A DNA stretch of 64,000 bases from assembly GCF_006345805.1 (NCBI RefSeq), contig NC_043021.1, positions 22,382,001 through 22,446,000 on the forward strand, read 5' to 3'. Source of the DNA: Octopus sinensis. Taxonomy: Eukaryota. A program made the translations under genes and the position numbers. The notes beneath the pieces were generated by a model. It was given only the letters and a program-made list of their open reading frames with translations. It was not told the DNA's origin and did no database searches. Of the stretch, positions 1 to 12,537 are shown one piece after another; the stretch's first letter is position 1, and every line of letters begins with the position of its first letter.

Positions 1-748
1 TTGTGTTTTGATTTTAGAAACTGAAACCTACATTGAAAACGTGGCTCAGGTTACAGATCAACGTCTAGTTTCAAATATTGTGTCACCCCATGAATGAATA
101 TCCTCTTATTCGTTGTAAACAAACTTGTAAATAATGAACTTAATTTAACTCATAAACGAGCATGGAAGTGTTTACATAGCAAACCAACTGATCAGTTAAA
201 TAGACCGTTTTATTAGAAATCTGCTAATATTTAACAAGAATCCTACGGAAGTTTAGTCTTGCAAAGCCTGTAACACCCGAGCAAACAAAAGCTTTAATTA
301 CGGACAAATTCTTGTGATTAGTATCGTTCTCATATTTCATCTTGATCTTCGAAAATCATTTAAAAATCGTTGGCTTTCTTGGACGGACAATGCGAAATAA
401 ATTCTTTTGAGGATTTATTAGAATATTGACCAGAGCTACAATATTCATTTTGTTCACTTCACATGAAAGACATTCGTTCGGTTTCTTCTCTTCTTTATTT
501 TCTTTTGCCCAATATAAACTTAGTTACCGATCTATGAATACTTTACACTAACTGACATTATTCGTCTCCTTTGATTATTTTCTCTTAATCTGCCTATTTT
601 TGTATGTTTTATATTGGCCATGCTCTTGTAAACAACGGGGTCGGATTTTATAGGTTTCCAATAAAGCATTTATTGATCAACTGCAATTCTGATGACAACG
701 AAGTTCACAACCATTATTTGTGTACTACGCGCTCTATACTGTGCGTAT

Positions 749-758
749 GATATATATA

Positions 759-811
<53 letters not shown>

Positions 812-820
812 CACTCTCTT

Positions 821-853
<33 letters not shown>

Positions 854-883
854 ATATATATATATTTATATATATATATATAT

Positions 884-925
<42 letters not shown>
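749..925. repeat. Compound microsatellite (TA)n-(CA)n-(TA)n-(GATA)n
   Basis: Read directly; explains ORFs 692..895 and 811..1017. Confidence 0.95.
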
Positions 926-926
<1 letters not shown>

Positions 927-1301
927 TACATATACATATACATATATATGTAAAATTATATAAACGAATCTTCCTCAGTTGTACGTATTTGCAGGCAATC
1001 AAAACTCCATTATACATTTAGAACTTTGCAAATATTCCACATTTGTGTGTGAAGTCTTTTCCAACTGAGATTATGGCAGGCACTACGTGGACTGAACTCA
1101 TTAAGATACCTATAAATATTTCTTAAGTTACGTCAAGGAATCATCTACGGTACATTTGCCATACATGTAGAAATTTACAGGCAAATAATGTAGGTCGACT
1201 TAAGCACCAAAACAAATTTGGAGGAACCGACTTCCATGTGTAAATGCTGTAGGATTTGAAAATATAGTGACCCTGTTTTAACGATCCCACTACATACTTA
1301 C

Positions 1302-1622
1302 ACTGTATGATATGTCATTTTTATGTCAAAAATATGGCAAATACCTCTGAATCTGTGAAGAATTCATTTCTTAATTTTGAAGGAGCATAATAACACTGTC
1401 AAAGGATCTACGGTCCTCCGAAATCGTAACCAATAAGGTCGGATTTTGTGGTGGATACATACTCGACTGCTCGAATGGACAGCGGTCCATCGCAGGATTA
1501 CTCATTGTTCAAGTTGAGAGGAAAGAACCAAAGTAAAATTACTTTGCTCACGAAAACAACACATGGCCCGGTCCAGGTATTGAAACGAAGCCAATGCAAT
1601 TAAATGCTCTAATCTTTCCTGT
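1302..1622 (-). pseudogene. Candidate decayed exon, possibly FN3-like
   Basis: Minus-strand acceptor ttttatttttctttccag and donor gtaagt bound 321 nt. One frame reads KIRAFNCIG...PPQNPTLLVTISED but contains stops. By-eye similarity only. Confidence 0.2.
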
Positions 1623-1746
1623 CTGGAAAGAAAAATAAAACTTCTACCCCACCCTTCTCGCGGTCTCATGATTAAAACAAATACAGGATTACACACACAA
1701 ATACAAATAAACACTCACACATTTGCACAGTGTGACAATTTGAATG

Positions 1747-3396
1747 TAACGATTTAACGTATAAGTCGAACTTTAGTTAAGACGAGGTTAAGAATTCATG
1801 AATTTATCTTATATCTGCTAAATATTTCACGACTGCTTAATTACAAAACCATTTATGCACAGGCTAGCTTTTGCAACAAACAGTTATCTTTAGAAATATC
1901 GGTCATGTAAATATGATGTTATTACAAAAGTATGTCTTTTTTTACTTACTGTATCATTAGAAATTAAGATAAATGTAGTAAAAAAATCGGTTTCTATGTC
2001 ATGTTTTTCACATACACATCGTCTAAAAGGCAACCCGATTCTTCTTCTTTATGAAAACTTTATCGCAATCATAACTCCCGCTGGCAAAAATACAACAGTG
2101 GTGTGGTGTTTCACATGACTGAAATGTTCTAAACAGTAACAGTCAACTTGTAGTATTAATACCCATTTAACTATACCTCTTATAGTATAACAAACTGTCT
2201 AATCAAGGGAGATTTATAAATATTTTATACCAATGCTAATACGCAACCATCAATAAACAGAAGAAAAATATTTTAAATCAACAATAGGCTGGTGCAATCG
2301 TTCTATAAACATAAAAAATCTGATAATAAGGTAGAAAGCAAAAATCGCTCCAAAACTCCCGAGAGATCTCGATCACAAAGTAACTAGAACTGGTATTGCT
2401 GTTATACCTGATGGTTTGACTGCTATACTGCAGTCATTTGGTGTCCGTTTAAACAAACCTTTTAATGATAATGTGGGAGAGAGAAATACAATGGCTGGAT
2501 TGTGAATGGAGAAATATCTTTTACAACTGGTGGAGTTGTAATTTTGTTATAAAGGCATGAGACAAAGTTAAAGTAGAAAATGTGATAAAATCATTTAAAC
2601 ACATGCAGTGTCTCTAATGCCATGGATGGTACCGAAGATGATATGCTGTACAATAGCGACGACGAAGTCGAAATCGAATCAACAGATCCGGACTGGAATC
2701 CTTACGATGATAACATATGTGATTAATCTTGTGAAATCTATGGGAAACCTTTAGAAACAGGTAGTGATAATTGTGAGGATTTGATGGGATTTAGATAAAT
2801 ATATGCGGGAGGGTTGATGTTTTGTTAATATTATGCATCTCGATAAAAAAAGTTTGGAAAAATATTTCAATTGACTTATATTTTAATGGCAACTACTGTA
2901 AAATGATTTTATTGAGAAATAAAGCTTGTGTGTAATCCAAATCGTGTTATTTAACACCAAATAGATGTTTTAGGAAAAATGTAAGTATGTGATTCTAAAT
3001 GCTATTACTACAGTTATACATCACCATTAAAATTTTTGAATGGTTACCGAAAGATAAAATTTACTGAGAGCGCAAACATAACTCAAAGTTTACATTTTCT
3101 CAGCCGAGCTCGAATAGATAAAAGTTGATTTCAATGATACAGAATTACCTCTCGTATAGGCTATTAATTATAAAGTATAAAGTAATAATGTATTTATTAC
3201 CTATATTATATTTTCCTATTTTTTTAATCTGTTCACGTATGTCTGTGGTTATTGCACCGAGGTCGAGGTAAACGTACGCATAAAATCAGTTACAATTTAA
3301 AGTTTGATTTGTAGAATGGTGGTATAATACCATCCCCAAATTCTTGGTGAACATTTTTGGATTTAAAGGTCGTCTTATACGCGGAAATATACGGTA
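1747..3396 (+). mobile_element. Internally deleted pogo-family DNA transposon relic
   Basis: 2287-2726 translates, with stops and frameshifts, to GWCNR..KLPRDLDHKV (CENP-B HTH end), VIPDGLTAILQ..LNKPF (DDE_1) and SNAMDGTEDD. Right TIR GGTCGTCTTATACGCGGAAATATACGG-TA at 3368-3396; degenerate left TIR (CGTATAAGTCGA) near 1747-1770. Confidence 0.7.
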
Positions 3397-3536
3397 TGTA
3401 TATATATGCATATATATTAATACAAATATATATGCAATACATATATAGGTACACACACACACATATATATATACATATATACATAACTATACACACATAT
3501 ATATGTATATATATGTATATATATATATATATTATA

Positions 3537-3578
<42 letters not shown>

Positions 3579-3640
3579 TTATAATTATAATTAATTTTAT
3601 TGTATCGCATTTATCTTTGTTTATATATAATATATATATG

Positions 3641-3735
<95 letters not shown>
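3397..3735. repeat. (TA)n-rich compound microsatellite
   Basis: Read directly. Confidence 0.9.
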
Positions 3736-3737
<2 letters not shown>

Positions 3738-4602
3738 ATAAAGGATAGGAGACACGTAAGGTCACCGAATCAGTTATCGGCCAGATGGTCAGATGCAATT
3801 TCGCGTCTTCGACGATATTATTGGTCTATCTGATTTAGCCGCAGGAAGAAAGCGCTGGGAAATGTCGTAGAAACGAACAAGGGATTATCATGATACAAAG
3901 TAAAGAAAGAAACGAGACATAATGTAGAAAACAATGCAATACAGAATGTAAAAATACACTATGAAATAAATGGGATTCAAGTCGAGAGAATTAGTGGACG
4001 GTCGAGGAACAAAGGACGAAAATAGACAAGTCGAAATCACGTATAATATACACATATATGTATATTAGGCAAGTGTAGGTTTAGTAGATATTATGCACAT
4101 ATATCAGATATATTTGCATATAGACTTAAACACACTTATATTTACCACCATACACACATGCTTATATAGTCCGCAAATTTCAAAAGTTCAGTCAGAATAT
4201 CATATCTATTAAATGGTCCGATATATTCGAAAATGTTGCATTTAAAAACAGTTGTCCGTCAAGTTTATAGGACAATGTCTGTAAATACTGAGAAAGCTAA
4301 ATTTACAATGAAGATGAATTTGGTGTAAATACATTTGTTGTTGCATACGAATTGTATCTTTGTCCATCATGAAATATTTGCTTTCTCGGAATGCGAATTC
4401 CGCCGGATTTATTAGAATCTTCGCTAGTAGAACGCTTTTTCATCTTATTTCATTCGCTTCAATGACCGTTGAGTGGTATTAATTTCTCTATTCTCTTTTC
4501 ATTTTTGTTGTTCGTTCTCTATCTCAATGTCAACTGAGTTATAAATTTATTTGCATTTTGCACTAAATGACTCATATCCCCACCACTTGTTCTTTGATGA
4601 AG

Positions 4603-4606
<4 letters not shown>

Positions 4607-4684
<78 letters not shown>

Positions 4685-4916
4685 ATACATATGTATCTAT
4701 ATATATATTATAAAGATATATATGCATTGTATATATATACATTATCATTATTATAAATATGTATATATATATGTATGTATATAAATGAAAAATGCGTCGT
4801 CGGCACAAGATTTCAAACGGACAAATCTTTGGTTCATTGCATTCTCGATGGTGAGGATGTCAAGAGTAGTTTATGCCCTTATCCTTTGAAGTGCATACAT
4901 ACATACATACATACAT

Positions 4917-4947
<31 letters not shown>

Positions 4948-5210
4948 GATACACGCACATATATATATATATACAGAGGTATATATATGCATATATGTTT
5001 ATATATATATATACATGGATATATATATATATGTAAAAATGTACGTGTGTGTATGTATTTGCGTGGCTATATATACGAATCTAAACATAGCTGGGGGTTT
5101 TAAACACACACACACGCAAACACACACAACACACATATATATATGTGTTGTGTGTGTGTGTGTGTGTATGTGTATACATTTATTAATATATATATATATA
5201 TATATATAAA
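4607..5210. repeat. (TA)n/(TG)n/(CATA)n microsatellite cluster
   Basis: Read directly; short unique stretches are interspersed. Confidence 0.85.
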
Positions 5211-5329
5211 TATTAATAAATGTATTCAGAAGAAGAGCCTTAGTCATTGAAATCTGCATATATATTCAAAATAGCAAACAAAATACTTGCGAAACCCAAA
5301 CCATATCATATTACATACACATACATGTA

Positions 5330-5452
5330 TGTAATTTTGTCTCCCAACAAGTTGCTCCTGGATTCAGTCCTACTGCATCTTCTACTATAACCACAGGCCG
5401 AACATATCTTTGTGGGTGGACTTGGTAGGCACAAAAGGAACGAAGCACGTCG

Positions 5453-5455
<3 letters not shown>
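5330..5455 (+). mobile_element. Degenerate 5' fragment of SINE family B
   Basis: ggattcagtcctactgc..tcttctactataaccacaggccga..gtggacttggtag..gaagcacgtcgta aligns to the copy at 23889-24051. Confidence 0.6.
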
Positions 5456-5511
<56 letters not shown>

Positions 5512-5542
5512 TTGACATGTGTTGTTTTTTTCTCGAATTTTT

Positions 5543-5750
5543 ACTTTCAGCACTGTTAAATATGTTTATATTAGATGATGAGGGGTTAGACATTCTGCTA
5601 CTGACAATCATAATTAAATTCTTTAGAACAATTTGTGGGTGGCAAGAACCTATATTGATATAACTAATTTTATCATTGGTCTTACTATAGGGCTTATAGG
5701 TATATTCCTGTACATTTAAGGTTACATCCAGTAAATTAACTATGTCAAAT
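5543..5750 (-). mobile_element. Penelope-like element reverse transcriptase C-terminal fragment
   Basis: Open frame FDIVNLLDVTLNVQEYTYKPYSKTNDKISYINIGSCHPQIVLKNL..SRMSNPSSSNINIFNSA matches the PLE RT pattern VNFLDVTL..YKPY.KPN...YIN..S.HP....KN. Confidence 0.75.
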
Positions 5751-7315
5751 GCAATAAATAACCTCTAGATGTTTTTGTACGTTTTTTAATGTACATGAAA
5801 ATAGATACTCTTTTACAAAGATTCACTGATACAAATTGGATGAAATTCGATGCTGATGTTTTAAAACCTGTGAAACGGAAGTCTACGTTGGCATAGATGG
5901 CATGGAATGATTCTTGTCCTAGACTCAGAAATTTTGGGGGATATTTGAATTGCTTGACATAATGTTATCTCTTTAATTAACGCATGACATCAATGTAGCA
6001 ACAACGTGTAAATCTCCGTTACGTTATACTTGCATGTTCAGTGGATATATGGTGTTGAGCTATATTCCCTGGAAATTAAAAAATAAGGGAACGATACATA
6101 GTTATCTGCTCGAAAAGCTGTTGGAAGGCCTGGTGCCATCACCAAGCAATAAATGCCAATGAATTGTTGAAAGAAATCATCTCTCACTATTGAATATCAC
6201 AGCAATCTATTGCAAAACAATTAAACGAAATGGCTATTTAATATTTCATACGTCGTTTACATGTCAACACTTGCAAAAAAGATTTGTACGTAGTGTTGTG
6301 CATAACGACCGATAATTTTGTTGCACAGCAAGAGTTACAATAAAACAGGTACGGTTGAAAGCCTCTCATTCATCACATTTTCATTACAAGTGTGAAATAA
6401 ACTTCCTGGCAATGCTCCAGTGTATGTACAATAAGACGGCTGTAACCAAATAGATAGTAAAAGAATATATCATATTAATTAACGCCATTGACTTTATTTC
6501 TCATAAGAATTTAATAGCAATTAAAAATTAGTTTCGCTCCAGCACGTCAAATAGGGTCGCTTTTATTTAAATATAATGTTTATGCACAAGGGAATTTGGG
6601 AAATTATCCAACGTCGTTATTTTTAATTTGCTCAATCGCTGAATATTCTCTGCACCAATTACATTTTCTATTAGATGTTGTGAGATCTTGGCAACCATTA
6701 ATTGAAACAGCTTTTGCTGAGATTACACAATAAGATGGAAACATGTTTGGTGTGGGAAAAGTTGCAGCTAAGGGACAAATGAACTAAGGTTACTTACAAA
6801 TCCCGATTTTTATTTTTAGTTTTGTTAATCTCTTTTAAACTTCTAACTGCTATCTCTTTAACAGGATTATTACTATTTTTTTAATCTTAATATGTCAAAG
6901 AGTTTAAAATTATATTTACTTCGATTTACCACTGCAACCTTTAAAGCAAGTAAAAGCATACGTTACACCCACGCAGCTAGACATACGCAAACATCTATAT
7001 CTATATCTCTCTCTAACTCTGCCTCTATACAATCTTCTCCATTGAAGTCTGTTAGTTTAATATTTAAAAGACTTTACATTAACTATTTTTTAAATCTCGA
7101 GTTTCTCTTGATCGGGAACCCACAACGAATGGAAAATTTTACTATTCACGATTACGAAAAGTGTAATAAAAAATAAATGGAAATCATGTATGTTCTGTTC
7201 ACACTTTGATAAGCATTTCTCAACAGTGGGAAAAAAAGATACTTAGACGCAATTCTGTCCCCTTAAGTAGCACACACACACTCTTTCTTCCCATAAATAG
7301 TACTTTCTGGTGAAT

Positions 7316-7690
7316 GGAGACGCAATTGCCCAGTGGTTATGGCAGCGCATTCGCGGTCGTAGGATCGCAGTTTCGATTCCCAGATCGGACGTTGTGAGTG
7401 CTTATTCAGCGAAAACACCTAAAGCCTCACGAAGCTCCGGTAGGTGGTTTTGGCGACCCTTACTGTACTCTTTGACCACAAATTTCTCTCACGCTTTCTC
7501 CTATTTCTGTTTACCTGTTTTAAAAGGCCAACCTCGTTACTCTATGTGTCACGCAGAATCTCCCCGAGAACTACGTTAAGGGTACACGTTCTGTGGAGTG
7601 CTCAGCCATTTGCACGATAATCTCACGAGCAGGCTGTTATGTTGATCGGTACAACTGGAATCCCCGTCGTCGTAACCGACGGAGTGCCAC
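7316..7690 (+). mobile_element. tRNA-derived SINE family A, full length
   Basis: tRNA-like head with A box and B box (GTTTCGATTCC); colinear with the copy at 49866-50249 through CGTCGTCGTAACCGACGGAGTGC. Confidence 0.85.
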
Positions 7691-8134
7691 GATTTCCTCG
7701 TGAGACAAACACGTGTATGTACATTATACAGACACATAGATACACATATACACACTCATATATTGACGCATATATAACGTCTTCCTGATATCTCTAGCTA
7801 AAGGGTTTTCTTTGACCTATATTTACACACTGTTAGTTATAACTTCATTTGCTTTGCAGTATACCATTCTGAAAATGATATATTTCTCTCGATCATAAAG
7901 GTTCACCTCAATATACATGCATGCAAATATTAGCTGAGTCATATATATATGAAGAGCGAGACAGACAGACAGACGGACTGACAGATAGATGGCATGTGTG
8001 GACACATGGGCTGTTTCTTTAATCGATTTGGAGGGCATCAGCAGCTTTGGATTGAGATCCTATTTTCTTCTTCCATTTTTTGCACTCACTTCCTCACGTT
8101 TTTTCCTAGCTTTTTCTCATCTTCTTTCTTTCCA

Positions 8135-8210
8135 GCACCCATGTGCTACGCGGTTGGACTGAACCCAGAAGCTCGAGGATTAGAAACAAACTTATTACCT
8201 CACAGTCGTT
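8135..8210 (-). mobile_element. Degenerate 5' fragment of SINE family B
   Basis: gctacgcggttggactgaacccagaa..cttattacctcacagtc resembles the family B head in reverse. Confidence 0.45.
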
Positions 8211-10191
8211 ACTTTCGAGGTCGATTCACTCTGTAACAGATAACACCCAGTATGTGCGGAAAAGTGATAAAAAGAAAACTAGCACACCGCTGGTTACTAT
8301 AACTAATTAGGATTGAGAAACACACGATAAAACATCCATGCTGAAGGAGACATCTCAGCTTTATAAGCTATGAAAAGATAAACATATGACCTAATGTTCT
8401 TCGGCCAAACACGCTACCCAGTAGGACACCTTCCTACACGTATAAAATGCTATTCACTAGGAAACATCAAGTAATATAATAAGACCCTTAAGGGCTGCTA
8501 AATCATAAAATAAATATTTTAGAAGCCAAATAATAATACTTGAAATTCTGCTACGTTAACAACATCCGCTTACTTTCCTCGACACCATTAATTCATTATG
8601 TACCAAATGTTGCAGAGACATTACTTATTCGATTCTATATAACAGAGCTAGCTTTTAATCGATCTTTTAAAGGTATATTTGATAATTTTATTTCCACTAA
8701 CCATCCATCACATTTCTCCGATTTTATGTTAACGTATTTATTTTGTCTTTAATTTTAAGTTACAAATTTAAGTTAAATATACTACTTTGCGAAACCTTGC
8801 AAATTATAGTATTAAATTCCAGATGAATGCGTAATACACACGTTCACAGATGTGTATCTACACACATCTATTTATGTCTCTGTGTTTTTGTGTCTATGCG
8901 TGTGTGTGTGTATACATATGGGCTTGCATATGTGTGTGTGATTTTGGGTATAATTATTTGAGTATATAGATAAGCATGCAAATAAGTACGCTTATCTATT
9001 CTATAATTAACGATACACAACCACACACATAAATGTTGATATGTATATATAAATATAGATATTTTTTCATCTATTTATGCATACATGTATTTGTTTGTAT
9101 ATGTATACCTGTATACGTATATGTACATCCATACACCCATACATGCATGCATCATACATACATATATATATATAAATTTAAGGCAAGTATCATACAATTG
9201 TTTAACCTTCTACAACATGAATTAAGTATTTGCTGTAAACCGCATAATAATATGTTTTAAAACTGTAACGTTTTTATTATATTTAATCACAGAGTGTAGT
9301 CCAAGAAGGGATTTTTTCCGAAGACCCACATCATCTTTCTAGATATAAACCAAAGGAATTCCCACTTCCCAACCGAATATGCTTTGAAAAATTAAATTTA
9401 ACAATTTTATCTAAGCATAATAATCTACGACATCTCGATAATTATAGATGTAAATGCACGGTGTATGTTTCTAGTGAGTTTGAATTTGAATACTTTTCAA
9501 TTTGTGTGCATATATTTAAACATATACATGCAGCAATTGAAAAGTTCTGGCCTAGAGTTCAATAGGGTGTAAAAGATCTTAGATCTGAACAGGATCTGTG
9601 CTCTTTCAACCAAAGTCTACGCATATTCGATCCATTCACATTAACTTCCACTTAATCACATGCAATGTTTCGTTGTCTTTCAAAGTCCATATCTAGCTAG
9701 CCAACATAGTAGCTTTATTTTTATTATTATTTAGGATTGCAGTAAATTCTGCCTTTTATATGATACATTTAATCATACATCGTTGCTCAAGTGGACATGA
9801 TACTGGGTCCCGACAGGTGCTACTGGATTTCGGCTCTCATATTGGGGCAGCCGCTATAAGATAATAGAACTGATAAGAAGACCTAAATATGCAAAATGGA
9901 AGAATCTGTATAAGTACACATTTATTTGATTGTATATTTCTGATGATAGGGGTTTCATCCGAAATGTAAGGTTTTTTAAAACTTCCTACGTATATTTTTA
10001 AAAGCTTTTCTTACACATATGTATGTAAGTATATATATATATATATATATATTAGAAGAAATGAGGTACTCAGAAAATCGGATGGTTTATAATTACAGAT
10101 ATTTATTTGTATATTACATTTTTTATATATATATCATATCACTTAGATCATTAGCGCTTATATAATGAGGAAAGCATTATATATATATATA

Positions 10192-10487
10192 TCACCGTGA
10201 TCATCGTGACCGACCAGCCCATCAGATGTTGTTACACATCGCGTTCGCATTGTTTTAGCCTTCGAATGACGCCACCCCGCTGGCTAAGTGAGCAGGCCAA
10301 CAGAAGAAAGAGTGGGAGAAAGAGTGGTGAAAGAGTACAGCAGGGATCACCACACCCTGCCGGAGCTTCGTGGAGATTTTTTAGGTGTTTTCGCTCAATA
10401 AACACTCACAACGCCCGGTCTGGGAATCGAAACCGCGATCCTGCGACCGCGAGTCCGCTGCCCTAACCACTGGGCCATTGCGCATCC
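10192..10487 (-). mobile_element. SINE with family A head and an alternative 3' body
   Basis: Head through CTGCTGTACTCTTTCACCAC matches family A; the downstream ~130 bp differs from the 7316 and 49866 copies; ends in (TA)n. Confidence 0.8.
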
Positions 10488-10989
10488 GGAAAATGCATAA
10501 ACTATATGTCGTAATGATATGTACACGTAGGTAACAGATAGTTATCGCAAGAGTTGTTATTATTTTATATATTTATATAGAGATGTGATATGTAAACATT
10601 ACCACATACATATATATATATACTCACGTATATTTGGTGAAACCATAAGAAATCTTACAATACAGGATTGAGACTCCAAAGTATACAATCTGTTTAATTA
10701 TAAATAATATATTGATGCAATAATTAGATAAACACAGTTATACTGATAATTGAAATATCTATACGCTTAGATACTTACATGTAGCAGTTAGCTATTTTAA
10801 CATGAAAAATACTCGGAAAAATAACACAAATTCACCAATAAACAAAACAACCGAACCATTTTGCTGCTAGAACTAAACATTCGACAAGATACAAATGAAA
10901 TATTCTTTCGAACACAAATTTAATTATAAATTCAGGCAAACAAAATTTTAATTCTCATTATTGTCATTGCCGCCTTCAAGTTTGCCTTT

Positions 10990-11040
10990 GTTATTATTAT
11001 TAATAGCAAAAACATTCTTCTTCTTCTTCTTCTTCTTCTT

Positions 11041-11115
<75 letters not shown>

Positions 11116-11157
11116 TATTATTACTATTACTATTACTATTATTATTACTATTACTAC

Positions 11158-11190
<33 letters not shown>

Positions 11191-11191
11191 G

Positions 11192-11230
<39 letters not shown>

Positions 11231-11232
11231 GT
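10990..11232. repeat. (ATT)n/(TTC)n microsatellite
   Basis: Read directly; source of the poly-L/I ORF 10961..11269. Confidence 0.95.
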
Positions 11233-11246
11233 TCTTATTATTAAAT

Positions 11247-11460
11247 CAGTGAGCTGGCAGAATCATTAGCACAGCGATGGAGAACGTGCTTAACGGTATT
11301 TCGCCCATCGCTACGTTTTGAGTTCAAATTCCGCCGAGGGCGATTTTGTCTGTCATCCTTTCGGAGTCGATAAATCAAGTACCAGTGAGAGACTGGCGTC
11401 GATGTAATCGACTAGTCCCCTCCCCCAAAATTTGAGGCCTTATGCCCTCAGTAGAAAACA
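11247..11460 (+). mobile_element. tRNA-derived SINE family C (short-tail type)
   Basis: GAGCTGGCAGAA head, B box GAGTTCAAATTCC, central TCATCCTTTCGGAGTCGATAAA motif (resembles the Meta-type SINE core, from memory), followed by (ATT)n. Confidence 0.8.
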
Positions 11461-11463
11461 TTA

Positions 11464-11507
<44 letters not shown>

Positions 11508-11564
11508 GTGTTGCTGTTGTTGTTGTTGGCGTCGTCATCGTAGTTGTTGCTATTTTTAAGGTAG

Positions 11565-11760
11565 TGAGGACACAAGCCGGACAAAATGCTTAGCGGGACA
11601 TTTCGTCTATCTTTACGTTCTGCATTTTAATTCGGTGAAGGTTGGCTCGTCTCTTCATTATTTCGTGGTCGATGAAACAAAATAAGAACATGTCACGTAC
11701 TGGAGTAGATGTTAACCCACTTGCACAAAGTGTAGCTTTTTGTGCCTTTAGCAGAAAAGG
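11565..11760 (+). mobile_element. Highly degenerate SINE family C copy
   Basis: aaaatgcttagc..atttcgtctatctttacgttctg..ttcgtggtcgat..gtgcctttagcagaaaagg aligns to 11247-11460. Confidence 0.45.
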
Positions 11761-12275
11761 TTGTTAATGTGATTACTAGCAATAATGTTAACGAAAAATG
11801 ATTGCCACAAAATAAAAGGCGTAATTAATAATGAAGAAACAAGATCTTGTGAATGCAATCATTGCAAACGGTATAGTTGTGGTAGAATAATGTAGCTCTG
11901 ATATGTAAATTAGTTTATTATGGAAAATGTACTTACTTATAATAATGGTTTCGGCGATGTGGCTTTTCTGTCGAGTAGTTCAGAATACCGTAGATAACTT
12001 TGTAGTTCCTTTGCCAAGGATATAATATTACAAACAAATCCATATTATCTTTTTTCCACCTGATCAAGCAAAAATAAAATTAATTTAATCCTAAATTCAT
12101 GAACATATATAATTGGGTAGCAACGATGTGAATGTTTGTGTGTGATATGAAGTAAAATTTACAACCGATTAAGAATTTACATATTATATATATACGTGTA
12201 TGTATGTATCTATGTATGTATGGATATATATATATATATATTTGTGCGTGTGTGCATGTATGTATATATATATAT

Positions 12276-12537
<262 letters not shown>

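Noticed and set aside
3749-4040. Unique-looking block between TA tracts with a partial hammerhead-like GAAATTGCATC on the minus strand
   Set aside because: The CUGANGA core is absent and there is no second copy in the window; left unclassified.
6675-6790. Plus-strand exon-like stretch (VVRSWQPLIETAFAEITQ*)
   Set aside because: In-frame stop, weak donor and no recognisable family.
9540-9660. Possible mariner terminal relic
   Set aside because: Similarity too degraded to set boundaries or support a call.
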